A stretch of DNA of 62,914 bases, the filler included, from Chiloscyllium plagiosum (taxonomy: Eukaryota): the NCBI RefSeq assembly GCF_004010195.1. It is 3 parts of one record of this genome, joined end to end, with 100 filler letters (N's around TTAATTAATTAA, not from the genome) between each part and the next. Parts side by side here need not be neighbours in the genome. Positions count along the whole stretch, not along the records: positions 23,375 to 50,104 come from NC_057712.1; 2 more parts are not named here. The stretch is one strand, 5' to 3'. Under the pieces are notes generated by a model that saw only the letters and a list, made by a program, of their open reading frames with translations, had not been told where the DNA came from and did no database searches. Below are positions 37,373-49,732 of the stretch, piece by piece. Numbering within the stretch: position 1 is the stretch's first letter; every line of letters begins with the position of its first letter. The position numbers and the translations under genes were made by a program.

Positions 37373-38558
37373 AACAAGCATAGACTGATTGGCTTTATTC
37401 TGTGTCTTAGACACAGATCATGCTAATAACTTGGTGTTATTTGATTAGTCTTCTGAGAAGTCCAAAAGTATGGATTACTTGAACAATACAGGTGGGAAAT
37501 CTGGGGAGAAAAAAAGTGATGGGGAAAGATTTCTGTCGGAATTCAGGGTGGGTAGAGGGAGATCATAGGGAAGGAGCAGATGAAAGTTGTGCTTCAGGTA
37601 AGCAGAGATGCTGGTGTGACAGAATGAGATTCATTCTTGTGTGGGGTTGGTACATATAGTGGTACAGAGAGGTAGGTACTCCAGCAAAGCAGCACTCCTG
37701 CAATTTCAGATGAGTCATTAATTCTAAGCACATCGAGCTCTTTTCTGATTAAAGACATTGGTGTTCTCTCAATTCTATATGCCAATTTCATACCTCATGC
37801 AACATCTAGTCATTATCACTTGGCCATTTGCTGGACTTTATTGTAAGCAAATTTGCTGCCATGTTTCCAACAATAGAGCAGTGACTACACTTTTAAAATG
37901 TACTGTTGGCTGTACAACTTTGGGATATTCAGTGACTGTCAGTGGAACAAAATGAATGCTTTTTATCTGTCTGTTCTTCAGTTAACAAGCTTCGGGAAAA
38001 ACATTGCATATTTTATTCATCATAACTTCACTGATAATAGATTTTGGATCGATATTTTTGTTTTTTCACCACTTTAGCTTCTTGACCTTAGTGTTGTAAT
38101 TAAGTTTTATCACTACTGTAACAGGCACTAGAAATCAGTCTTTCTTTATTGTTGATAAAGTAGTAAAAGAACTCCATTAAAACTTACCAAGCTTGCAATA
38201 TGGGATTAAGTGATCCCTCAGTATATAATACCTAATGTACTTTGAGCTCCTTTATTTGGCCTTTGAAATGTCTTTGCATCCATTTTTGGGTTTTCTTTTG
38301 CGTACTTACATATTTTAGTCATCAGCATTCATTGATCATTCTTCATGAGGCTGCCAAGAGTATTCATTGTTTTTCATAATGGAATAACATCAAATCCAAA
38401 AAGCTGCAAGACAAGTTGGAAACCATTCTAACCCAAGGGGAGTATTTAAAAATTTCACTTTAAAGTTGAGCACTGCTGTATTGTGATGTAGTTGTGTAAT
38501 TATTCTGAAATAAAAAGTGTCTAGACCTCTGATAATTGTAATCTTTTTATTTTCAAAG

Positions 38559-38632
38559 GTCACCTTCCACATTGAACCATATGAAGGGAGAGAAAACACT
38601 TTATATAGTAATTTGAAGTACATCATTGACAA
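38559..38632 (+). CDS. MANEA: Endo-alpha-1,2-mannosidase, third coding exon (74 nt)
   Basis: ttttattttcaaAG|GTC ... GACAA|gtgagt. Translates VTFHIEPYEGRENTLYSNLKYIID(K); phase 0 in, phase 2 out. Not listed in the ORF track. Confidence 0.9.
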
Positions 38633-38829
38633 GTGAGTTTTTTCAGATCAGTATTCACAAACTGTTCATGTTGATCACAGCAATTTTTCACAGCTTTCAA
38701 GCCCTTAAAGATTTATACAATGAATATGATTTTCAGAGCACAAAACAAGCCTGACAATATTGTAAGTCAAATAGGAAGGCAAGGTTTTCCATTTTAATTT
38801 GTACAGAAGATACCTTGACATTGATTTAT

Positions 38830-39110
38830 TATACAATACAATGCAATAAAGTACAGGAACAGGCCTTTAGGCCTACCAAGCTTGCATCAAATCTTGATCC
38901 TTATTTAGACCCACTACTTATTGCCCATACGCGATTTCTATCCCTCTTGTTTGCCTTCCATTCACATTCTATCAAGTTACACTTTAAACATTGCTAGCAT
39001 GTTTGCTTCCACTATCCAATGACAGTGTAATCCAGATAGCCACCACCCTCTGTGTGAAAACTGTTACCCTTATTTCTCCCCTACGGTTTACCTCTCTCAC
39101 TTTGAATTCC
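38830..39110 (-). mobile_element. CR1 3' tail remnant
   Basis: Similar to 3640-3900. Confidence 0.55.
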
Positions 39111-41194
39111 AGTATTATGTGTTGGAGTGTGAGAAATATTGAGGCAAAAAGTAGTCAATTGCAAATACCAAACTATCCAATCCTCCATTCATCACAATGC
39201 TTTGGAACTATTCAGTCATTATCTCACATCCATGATTATTTTTTCTGTTTTGCCTGGCTCCCTTTAGAAACTACAGATCCAAGACATGTTGCAGGCTTGC
39301 ATTATTGGTGTACAGTTGCTTAGCTATCCATCAGATCAGCTTGAACCACTGCCCCTCCATCTTCTGATCTGGCTGGAATGTATATGATACTACCTGGCCC
39401 CTCTCTCCTCCCTCCTGTACAATAGTTCAGCATCATATAGTTAAGATATGTTATAATTCATTTTTCTCTATAAAGTGGCACCTTAAACCTGTCTGCCCTA
39501 CCTTTTCCATATTCATCTCCAACAAGATTTTGGAAAACGTCCACAGACTTTGTCATAACAATTTCCTACTTCCCACCAAATCAAACCTCCTCTTCAATAT
39601 CTCCTGTTGCCTTTTTAGAAGCCATCTTATTCATGTGACTCAGTCTCTGAGTCCATTCCCATTTATCTATTACTATTTACCAATTAGCAGACTCTTATGA
39701 AAGTACAAAGGAAAGGGAAACGGGGAAAAGACTATCTATTAAGCCCGCCATGATCTTTAAAACTGTACCACCCCATGTATATTGCTTCTCCTACAGTCAC
39801 AGGATTCCCTGTATTTTTTACCCTTCTGTGTGAAACTCCAAGGTTTATGTGCAGCAGCAATGCCCATTACCAGAGCTCAGTTTGCGTTCTTTTGAGGGAA
39901 ATGAATTGATATAAAAAAAAGTAGGTCGATTTAGGCAAAGTTGTAGAAAATTCCCCTCTTGATTCTTGCAAGCAATTTTGTATTGAGGTCTTGTCACTGA
40001 TTTGAACTTAGGTTGAAGTACTAGTGTGCAAACAGCTATACTTTTAGTTTCTGCAATGAAAACTAATCAAAGCACTCAATTTGGTTTTCTTGTAGTTCTA
40101 AAACTGTAAAATTGTGATCTGCAATATGGTATCCAAATTTTCATGGTCATCATTTGATTTGACATATTCCAGGCTTGAGCTTAATTTCATAGTTTCTTTG
40201 AAGATTAAAAATATTATAAAGGTTCATAAATTGTACCAATCAGAACACTAATTATTTGGCTTATCAACCTATAACATAGCTAGAGCTGTCTCCTCTAATT
40301 CAATATTCTCTCTTTGACCTGGTACTGTCAATACTTTTCTACCAGTTTTAATTGTATTTGTCTCAGTTGTCTGTTATGGTAATGCATGCTACAATATTAA
40401 GTCCTTAAAGTATTTCTTTTAACCTTCTCCTCTGACTTCCTCTTGAAAAATTTAAACTTCCTTGTTTTCTCGTATTTAACAAATGAAACATACTTTAAAT
40501 ATATTTTGAACAATGAGTGATTAGGATAAATCTTTACTTACCATTTGAATTGCTTTCTAATTGAGTAATATAACATTAAAATAACATAACTACCTGCATA
40601 ATTATCGCTATGTTGATAGTCAAAGTAGCTAATGAGTATTTTAAAAGCACTTCAAAAGACTGTTGTTTAAAAGGATTATTTTTCCATAATTGTCGTGCGA
40701 TATGCAATGCTAATTATTTAGCTTCCACAGCCAGAAACTTGCCGAATTGGTACAAATTTGGCAATTGTTTTGGAAACAAAGTATTCTTAGAAAAAAGACT
40801 CCTCTTGCAAAGTCGCTTGTAACAAATGTAAAATACAAGGTTGTCTGTTTTTGTTCTTTTTAAATCACCTCAACAGTTATATTACTGTGGGTTCAGCCTG
40901 TCATTCTTCTTTACTGAATCTGGAAGATTAACATTGGTGAGCTTTTTAACTGCAACCGTTGTTCATTGGCAGCATAAAACTGCTCTGATATTCTATTCAA
41001 ATGTGCAGACTTTCATTACACTTTGTCTTTTTTCTAATTCCAAGCATATCCTTATTTGTCCTCTTTCTAACCATCTCCTGTCCTAGAATTCTCGCTATTA
41101 TTAGACAGCAGCTGATTAGAGCAGCATTTTCAGAATAAACTCTGAATCAGTGTCTTGCCTCTGTTTCACTTGTAATTTGTTGGTGAACAATTTT

Positions 41195-42550
41195 TTTGAG
41201 TCACTTGTTGCCCATTCCCTGTGTGGCGAAGGTGGTGATGAGCTGCCTTCTTGAACTGCTGCAATCCACCTGCTGTGGGTTCACCCACAATGCCCTTAGG
41301 GAAAGATTTCCAGGATTTTGACCCAGTGACAGTGAAAGAGCAGTCATGTATTTCCAAGTCAGGATGGTGAATGGCTTGGAGGGGAAGCTATAGGTGATGG
41401 TGTTCCCATGCATCTACTACTCTTGTCCCTTTAAATGGAAGTGGTCATGGGTTTTGAAGATGCTGTATCAGAATCTTTGTTAAATTTCTGCAGTGCATCT
41501 TGCAGAGATAACATGCTGCTGAGCACCAGTGATGGAGGGAATGGATGCGGTGAAAATCAAGCAGGCTGCTCTGACGTGGATGGTGTCAAGCTTCTTGTAT
41601 GTTTTTGGTACGGCACCCATTCAGGCAAGTGAGGTGTGTTCGATCAGACTCCTGACTTGTGCCTTGTAGATGGCTTTGGAGAGTCAGGAGATGCGTTGCT
41701 TGTGACAGTATTCCTAGCCTCTGACCTGCTGTTGTAGCCACTGTATTCTAATGGTGAGTCCATTTGAGTTTCTGGTCAATGGTTACCTCCAGGATGTTGA
41801 TAGTGGGTGATTGAGTGTTGGCAACCCCACTGATTACCAAGTGGTAGTGATTAGATTTTCTCTAATTGAAGATGGTCATTGCCTGACATCTGTGTGGCAT
41901 AAACCTTACTTGCCATTTGTCAGCCCAAACCTGGATATTGTCCAGATCTTGTTGCATTTGAACATGGACTGCATCAGAATCTGAGGACTCAGAAGTAGTG
42001 CTGAACGTTGTGCAATCATCAGTGAACATCCCAACATCTGAATTTATGATGTAGGGAAAGTCTTTGATGAAGCATTTGAAAATGGTTGGGCCTAGAACAC
42101 TAATCTGAGGAACTTGCACAGAGACGTCATGGATCTGAGATGACTAATTTCCAGCAACCATAATCATCCTACAGTGTGCCAGGTATGCCTCCAACCAGCA
42201 GAGAGTTTTCCCCTTGATTTCAGTTTTGCTAGGACTCCTAGATGCCACTCTGGGTCTGCTGCAACCTTGATGTCAAGGGCTGTCACTCCCATCTCATCTC
42301 TGGAATTCAGTGCCTTTGTCCAAGTTTGTACCAAGGCTGTAATGAGGTCACAAACTGAATGGTCCTAGCAGAAACTAAACTGAGCGTTGGTGAGCAGGTT
42401 GATTACGCCTTCCATCACTTTCCTGATGATTGAGTATAGATGGATGGGGAGATAATTGGCCAGGTTGGATTTGTCCTAATTTTTATGAGCAGGTTATACC
42501 TGGGCTATTTGTCACATTGTTGGGTAGATACCAGTGTTCCAGCTGCATTT
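41195..42550 (-). mobile_element. L2-like LINE RT/3' region
   Basis: ORF VPQISVLGPTIF..MFTDDCT..MQQDLDNIQVWADKWQVRF. Confidence 0.82.
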
Positions 42551-43084
42551 CAACAGCTTAGCCAGGATCTGGAGTCGGGTGTAGGCCAGGTCAGGTGAGG
42601 ATGGCAGATTTTCTGCTCTGTAGGATTTTGTGAGCCAGATGGGTTTTTCTTCAACAGTCAACAATGGTTGCATTGGCGTGAGAAGATTCTTAATTATAGA
42701 TTTTTTTATTGAATTCAAATTCCACCATCTGCCAAGGCAGAATTCAAACTCAGGTCCCCAGAACCTTACCTGAATTCCTGAATTAGAAGTATCGGTTGTT
42801 GCCTCCATTTTGCTATTTCTGTTTCTCTCTTGAAAACTCACTATTATTTCTTTCGAATAATGCATAGAAAAGGCCATTTGATCTATCATTCTGACTAGTC
42901 ATTTGAAAGGCAGTCCAATTAGTCATATTCACCTATCTTTTGCCCCCACTTATCCTGTTCCATTTGAAAACCATTAAGAAATTCTGCTTCTACATCCCTT
43001 TTACTGTACATTCCTGATTAAAATCATTTGTTGCTTTTCAAAGAAAAGTATTGGTTTTCTTTTGGTTCTTCTGGCTACTATTAA

Positions 43085-43362
43085 AGGCAGCACAATGGCT
43101 CAGTGGTTAGCACTGCTGCCTCACAGCATCAGGGACCTGGGTTCAATTCCAGCCATGGGCCAATGCCTGTGTGTATGTGTGGGTTTACTCTGGGTGCTCT
43201 GGTTTCCTCCCACAGTTCAAAGATGTGTAGGTTAGGTGAATTGACTGTGCTAAATTGCATGTAGTGTTCACCAATGTGTAGGTGAGGTCGGGGCAAATAT
43301 AGGGTAGGGCAATGGGGTCTGGGAGGGTTACTCTTCAGAGTGGCTTTGTTGGGCTGAAGGAC
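43085..43362 (+). mobile_element. HE1 SINE (older, diverged)
   Basis: tRNA-like head and V-domain with deletions. Confidence 0.82.
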
Positions 43363-43368
43363 TTTTGT

Positions 43369-43706
43369 GGGCGGCACGGTGGCACAGTGGTTAGCACTGC
43401 TGCCTCGCAGCGCTAGAGACCCGGGTTCAATTCCCGACTCAGGCGACTGACTGTGTGGAGTTTGCACGTTCTCCCCGTGTCTGCGTGGGTTTCCTCCGGG
43501 GGCTCCGGTTTCCTCCCACAGTCCAAAGATGTGCAAGTCAGGTGAATTGGCCATGCTAAATTGCCCGTAGTGTTAGGGAAAGGGGTAAATGTAGGGGTAT
43601 GGGTGGGTTACGCTTCGGCGGGTCGGTGTGGACTTGTTGGGCCGAAGGGCCTGTTTCCACACTGTAAGTAATCTAATCTAATCTAATCTAATCTAATCTA
43701 ATCTAA
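43369..43706 (+). mobile_element. HE1 SINE, full-length and young
   Basis: CpG-rich head gggcggcacggtggcacagtggttagc..ggttcaattccc, V-domain, (TAATC)n tail. Confidence 0.92.
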
Positions 43707-43963
43707 AATTGGACTGTATTATTGCAAATATAAAGTACTACATTTTGGTAAAATAAGTAAGGGCAGGACTTAAATAATTAACAGTAGGGCCCTGGGTAAT
43801 TTTGTAGAACAGAGAGCCCTAGGGGTTCAGGTACGTAATTCTTTGAAACGTGTAGACAGGATAGTTGAGAACACATTTCGCACGCTTGCCTTCGTTGCTT
43901 AGAACTTTTGAGTATAGGAGTTGGGGCATCATGTTGAGATTGTACCTGATGCTGATAAATCCT

Positions 43964-44094
43964 CATTCCTCATTCGGCTTTTGTCCGAAATGTCGATTTT
44001 TCCTGCTCCTCAGTTGCTGCCTGACCTGCTGTGTTTTTCCAGCACCACACTCTCGACTCTAACCTCCAGCACCTGCAGTCCTCACTTTCACCAG
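43964..44094 (+). mobile_element. Short Penelope-derived element (family B), hammerhead core broken
   Basis: 16-bp TSD gatgctgataa(a/g)tcct (43948-43963, 44095-44110). Confidence 0.75.
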
Positions 44095-44197
44095 GATGCT
44101 GATAAGTCCTCTTTTGGAGTACTGTGTAAATTATGGTATTCCTGCTATAGGAAGAATATTATTAATTTGGAAAAGGTTCAGAAAAGATTTAGAATAA

Positions 44198-44488
44198 TTA
44201 GATTAGATTACTTACAGTGTGGAAACAGGCCCTTCGGCCCAACAAGTCCACACCGCCCCGCCGAAGCGCAACCCACCCATACCCCTACATTTATCCCTTA
44301 TCTAACACGACGGACAATTTAGCATGGCCAATTCACCTGACCTGCACATCTTTGGACTGTGGGAGGAAACCGGAGCACCCGGAGGAAACCCACGCAGACA
44401 CGGGGAGAACGTGCAAACTCCACACAGTCAGTCGCCTGAGGCGGGAATTGAACCCGGGTCTCTGGCAGTGCTAGCCACCGTGCCGCCC
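44198..44488 (-). mobile_element. HE1 SINE, young, with two small deletions in the head
   Basis: Highly similar reverse complement of 43369-43680. Confidence 0.9.
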
Positions 44489-44804
44489 ACGGTGGCAGTG
44501 TTGCTGGGAATGAAAAGTTTGAGTACTAAAGATAAGCTGGAATTTTTTTCACTGGAGAATAGGAGGTTGAGGGTTGACACTAAAATCAGGAAGGGCATAG
44601 ATAAGATGAATACCAAGGATCTTTTACCTAAGGTAGGCAGTTTAAAACTAGGGGCATATTTTTCAGGTGAGTGGAGAAAGATTCAAAAAAGGACATGGGG
44701 GTAACATTTTTAACACAGGCTGGTTTGTATGTGGAATGAACTGCCCGAGGAAGTGATGGATACAGATAGTTAAAACCTTTATAAGACATTTGAATAAGTA
44801 CATG

Positions 44805-45479
44805 TGTTACGACATGGCGTAAACTCTCCTGCTTAATTTAAAACCAGCAACACAGAAAAGATTTATCCCATGCAGTAATCTGTAAACATAAAGAACTATT
44901 TAAAGTATAACAGAGAATAATTAACTAACCACTATTTACAATTTCTTTCTCTAACCCATTTTTTACCTTCCCTTCTATAATACTAGTCCAATAAAACTCC
45001 CAATTAAAATTTACAAAACAACACTTCTTATCTCAAAACCAGGCAGCTGTTGGTTCTGTTTGTCTTTAGATCTTCCTGTGTCGTCTTTTCTCCTTGTTAG
45101 GAATTTCTGCATTACAGGTTACTGATCAAAACGATACTTTTAAGAGCGAGCTATTTTCAAGCAGTCTGTTTACCTGCAGTGGCAGTTCTCCCCTCAACTA
45201 TTCAATTTTCCCTGAACTTATACTCCAGAGCATCCAATTGTGTCATTGGTTTTCAAGATTGTCAATATACTCAATTTAATCTTGATTGGAGTTTGATGTT
45301 TTGGGTATAATTTAAACTGATAGGCCAATTTCAATTTTGTTTTTGTCTCTAAGCAACAAACTAATCAAGTGGTTCGACTCAGTGTTACATTGTTACCATC
45401 TTTGAGTACACCTGGTACTCGGATTCAGTTGTTCTGCTGTTTTTAACTCTCTAAAAGATACACCCACATCTTCATCACA
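44805..45479 (-). repeat. 3' LTR of the Gmr1-like element (675 bp)
   Basis: Minus strand TGTGATGA...TCGTAACA, directly after PPT AAGAGGGGAGG (45480-45490). Confidence 0.8.
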
Positions 45480-45644
45480 CCTCCCCTCTTAAGATAAAAT
45501 GAACCATCATAATGAAAAGATAGCTTCATTTTTTTAAACACATACAGATAAGCTTCATATAAGTTACCTTAACGTCTTCCCATATACCTGTGTATATATA
45601 CATAAAACATTGAATAAAGACAAACCTCATGTAAACTCTATCAT

Positions 45645-46030
45645 TTAAATCCGTGATAATATGTCTGCGATTGCATTCTTCTGACCCACAACATATAAGA
45701 TTTTTAAATTAGAAGTCTGTAACATAAGACTCCAATGAAATACTCTCATATTCTAATCTTTAAAACATTCTAAGAATGTAAGCGGATTATGGTCAGTGTA
45801 CACAATCATCTCCGACACATTGTTCGTGACAAACACATTAAAATGCTGTCAAGTCAGTACCAAACTCAATAGTTCCTTTTGATTGTGGAGTATTTCCTCC
45901 GGTGGATGTTGATCATCTTCGAAAAGTAACCAACTGGCAGTTCAATCCCATCCTCAATTTCCTGAAGGAATACAGCTTCAATTCCAGTGTCACTAGCATC
46001 GATGGTGACTTTAAAAGGTTTTAAAAGTTT
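45645..46030 (-). pseudogene. Gypsy RNase H remnant
   Basis: VTIDASDTGIEAV, VYTDHNPL, NAIADILSRI*. Confidence 0.82.
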
Positions 46031-46945
46031 GGTTAGATAAAACTGGTTTGGTGGTTAATATCGATTTCAAATGGTTGAATGCCTCCTGACATGGTTCTGT
46101 CCACCATTTGTGGACACCGTTTATGTTCTTCTTCAGCAAATTGGTTAACGGTACTACTACACTGCTGAAGTTTGGAACAAGCTTTTGATAGAATCCGCTG
46201 AGTCCTAAGGATCGAAGCACCTCTTTCTTCAAGGTTGGTCATGGAAATTCCTGGATAGCCTTCATCTTTGCATTCTGTGGGGTCAACCTTCCATGACCGA
46301 TGTTATGTCCCAAGAACAACAACTCTGCTTTCGCGAATGCAGTTTTATTTAAGTTTATCGCCAGTTTTGCTTCTCTTAGTCGTTCAAAGAGCTTTGCCAA
46401 CTGTACCATGTGATCTTTCCAAGACTTACTAAAGATCACAACATCATCCAAATAGACTGCACAGTTTGTTAACACAGCCACAACTCTGTTCGTGAGTCTT
46501 TGGAATGTGGTGGGTGTTCTTCATTCCAAAGGGCATCACTTTAAACTGATATAGCCCATTTGGGGTTACAAACGCAGAAATTTATTTCGCCGTCTCTGAT
46601 AAAGGTACCTGCCAGTAACCATGCATGAAGTCCAACTTGGTGATGTAACTGGCTTGTCTGACTCTCTTGGTACAGTCCTCCAATCTAAGAATTGGATATG
46701 AGTCAGATTTTGTAACAGTGTTGACCTTCCAATAATTCATGCAGAATCGTTAAGTCCCATCCAGTTTGGGAACGAAAATGATCGGCGAATTCCACTCGCT
46801 GTGGCTTGGTTCGATGATGTCCTCCTCGGGCATGGCCTCCACCTCCATCCGGACCTGTCTGGCATTGAGAGGATTAAGCCGATAGGGCTGCTGTTTTATC
46901 AGAGCAGTATTCCCAACATCTGCTTTGTACACAATAGCATTAGTC
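46031..46945 (-). pseudogene. Gypsy reverse transcriptase remnant
   Basis: IKQQPYRLNP, IEPSHSEWNSPI..VPK.DG, KLDFMHGYWQVPL, VMPFG, CAVYLDDVVIFS, FLGH.IG. Confidence 0.88.
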
Positions 46946-46959
46946 GCAGAGAGTTTCTA

Positions 46960-47800
46960 TCTGCCACCTGCTTCATTCTACACTGTGCCCCCTTTAGGTG
47001 CTGTTTAGCTAACTCACCTACTTGATTTAATCTCTCCCTCACCTCCAATACATAATCTAATAGTGAGATCTCGGACTTTGGTCCGGTCAATTTTTCTTTA
47101 ATTAATTTCAAAGGTCCCCTCACTTCATGACCGAATATTAACTCAAAGGGAGTAAACTGAATCGTTTGGAGCATCTCTAATGGCAAACAATACGATGGAA
47201 TACCTTTATCCCAGTCATTCAGGTAGTCCTGATAGTATGCTCTCAACATGATCTTCAAGGTCTGATGCCACTTTCTAAAGCTCCCTGGGATTCAGGATGT
47301 CAACGCACTGGATTTAAAGTGCTGTATACCTAAGCTACCCATAACTTCCTTGAACAGCCTAGCACTAAAATTTGACCCTTGGTCCAACTGAATCTCTTTG
47401 GGTAGCTCATACCGTGTGATGAAAGCTACTAACCCCTCTACCACCTTTTTTGCCTTGAAATTCCGTAATGGAATTGCCTTCGGAAACCTGGTAGACGCAT
47501 CCATTATGGTTAACCAGTAGTGGTTCCCACTTTTAGTTTTCAGGAGGGGACCTACACAATCAATTATAACCCGTGTGAAAGGTTCTTCAAATGTAGGAAT
47601 TGGCAACAAAAGTGCTTTTTTTTTTTTTTACAGCCTTTGGTTTACCTACCATTTGGCATGTATGACACCTATATCCTTGGTCAAAAGTTAACCGCATCCT
47701 TGTGCATTCCAGGCCAAGAAAAATGTTTTTGTACCTTAACCTGAGTCTTTCATATCCCTAGGTGACCTCCTACCGGTAGTTCATGTGCTACCCATAACAC
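46960..47800 (-). pseudogene. Gypsy integrase remnant
   Basis: AHELPVGGHLG, EPFTRVIIDCVGPL, DASTRFP.AIPL, LDQGSNF, FTPFELIFGHEVRGPL. Confidence 0.88.
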
Positions 47801-48139
47801 TTCCTGTCTGCTACCAGCAACACAATCTAGTGCACTTTGGCCCATTTCTCCTCTGCACTAACCTGCTGTGGTGCCCATTTCTGTCTGAGGATTCTATCTT
47901 TAAGAAAATAACCCTGAGGAATGCTCTCTGCCTCTTTTTCAGAGTACGCATCCACATATTTAGCTTTTATCTTCTTGTCTTGCTGTTGCAAGTCTCTTAG
48001 CTTTTCAGAACTAAACATTTCTGTCTGATCCTCTGCCTGTTTAGGTTTTTCCTGCACCATTACATCAAACAGGGCATCTGCTAATTGAACCTTGGCTCTT
48101 TCGTCTTTCTCTTTACTTTTTGCTTCATGTTGTGACTGA

Positions 48140-48433
48140 TGATTAGATTCCCTACAGTGTGGAAACAAGTTCTTCGGGCCAACAAGTCCCTCCGAAGAGT
48201 GACACCCCCCCCTGACTAATGCACCTAACACTATGGGCAATTTAGCATGGCCAATTCACCTGACCTGCACACCTTTGGACTGTGGGAGGAAACCGGAGCA
48301 CCTGGAGGAAACCCACGCAGACACAGGGCGAATGTGCAAACTCCACACTGACAGTCGCCCAGGGCTGGAATCTAACCTGGGACCTTGATTGTCTGAGGCA
48401 GCAGTGCTAACCACGGCACCACTGTGCTGCCCC
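48140..48433 (-). mobile_element. HE1 SINE inserted between protease and integrase
   Basis: Reverse complement of the HE1 head, V-domain and tail. Confidence 0.85.
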
Positions 48434-48519
48434 CAATGGGATCTGGTTACCACACAGTCTGGGAAAATACCAGGATATTTGTGTTTTAACTCCTAAGTTT
48501 CTTGGGCTTCATTGGGCTT

Positions 48520-48810
48520 CTCCACAACAAGGAGTGTCATTCCCACCTTGGATCTTGCCAAATCATTTCCAAGAACAAACTGAATTCCTAGAACTGACAC
48601 TCAATCACTCCCACTGTAACTTCACCAGTCTGAAGTTGGCACTCCAACTTGATCTTACGTAGGGAAATGCTAAATTTCTGTCTATCTGTCCCATAAATTA
48701 TCACACTGTCAGGCATATTTGCTCGCCCCTTACTATCAGCGACTGGTTAGATCCTGTATCTCTCAAAATTATAACTACTTGCCCCTCTCCCCCTGTTATT
48801 TCTGAGGTGA
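48520..48810 (-). pseudogene. Gypsy aspartic protease remnant
   Basis: IILRDTGSNQSLI; downstream FVLGNDLA. Confidence 0.78.
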
Positions 48811-48959
48811 ATTCTTTATGGAGATCAGGTACTAACTCCATACCCAGCCCCTGCCTCGGCTGTGCACTCTCCTGCAGCTCCTTGGCTCTTGGGGTCTCCT
48901 TTACTACCTTCACTAATGCCCCTGGCTTAGCTTCTTTTACCACATCTTTTCCCACAGCA

Positions 48960-49732
48960 CCTTTCTTTAACGACCAGCACTATGACTTTACATATTCCAC
49001 TTTATCACCGTGCTGAGGCCTTTCACCTCCTTTCTACCCTCTTGGGCTTCTTCTTTATCCTGTGGTTAAAATCTTACCAGTGCTCTCTACTCTTGGTTTA
49101 GTAGTGTAGGATCTCCCCTTCTCCCATCTTCTATTCCTCACAGGACGAAATTCTGGCCAGAAGCTTGTCTTATGCACCAACATGTATTCATCTGCTAATT
49201 CTGCTGCTCTTCTCATTTCCTGAGCTTTCTGTTCCTCCACGTGAATTCTTACCATCCCTGGAAGTGAGTTTTTAAACTCCTCCAGCAGAATAATCGCTCT
49301 TGGAGCCTCAAATGTCCTATCTGTTTTCAAAGCACGCACCCATTGATCAAATTGACTATGTTTAATTCTTCCGAACTCAACATAAGTCTGACCTGGTTCC
49401 TTCTTTGTGTTTCTGAGCCACTGCCTATATGCTTCTGGTACAATTCATAAGCACTTAAAGTTGCCTGTTTAATCTCTTCATACCTCATCTGACAATGCGG
49501 CGAATATCTCATTCGCTCTGCCTACCAATTTAGTCTGAACTAGCATTACCCATAAATCCTCAGGCCACTTCTTCTGCCTAGCCAGTTTTTCAAATGAAAT
49601 AAAGAAAGCTTCAACATCTTTATCATCAAAATGTGGTAGAGCTTTGACATATTTATATATATCCTATATACTTTTATTTTACTCTCCATCCTGTTTTTGC
49701 TGATTAGGTCACAACTTCTTAGGTTCAAAGCT
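48960..49732 (-). pseudogene. Gypsy gag remnant
   Basis: LPHFDDKDVEAFFISFEKLA, YEEIKQATLSAYEL, LLEEFKNSLP..HVEEQK..AAELADEY; eroded zinc knuckle. Confidence 0.78.

Larger units (their letters stand above)
43710..44804 (+). mobile_element. CR1 LINE 3' portion hosting nested insertions
   Basis: FEYRSWGIMLRLY, LEKVQKRF, FFSLENRRLR, tggaatgaactgcc; cut off by the LTR at 44805. Confidence 0.8.
44805..49732 (-). mobile_element. Gmr1-like Ty3/Gypsy LTR retrotransposon (decayed; gag-PR-IN-RT-RH-PPT-3'LTR)
   Basis: Ordered domain remnants on the minus strand, a polypurine tract and a TG..CA LTR. The 5' end runs into a tandem repeat and a gap. Confidence 0.88.

Noticed and set aside
43369..43445. tRNA gene
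   Set aside because: A/B-box head continues into the V-domain and LINE-like tail, so it is a SINE.
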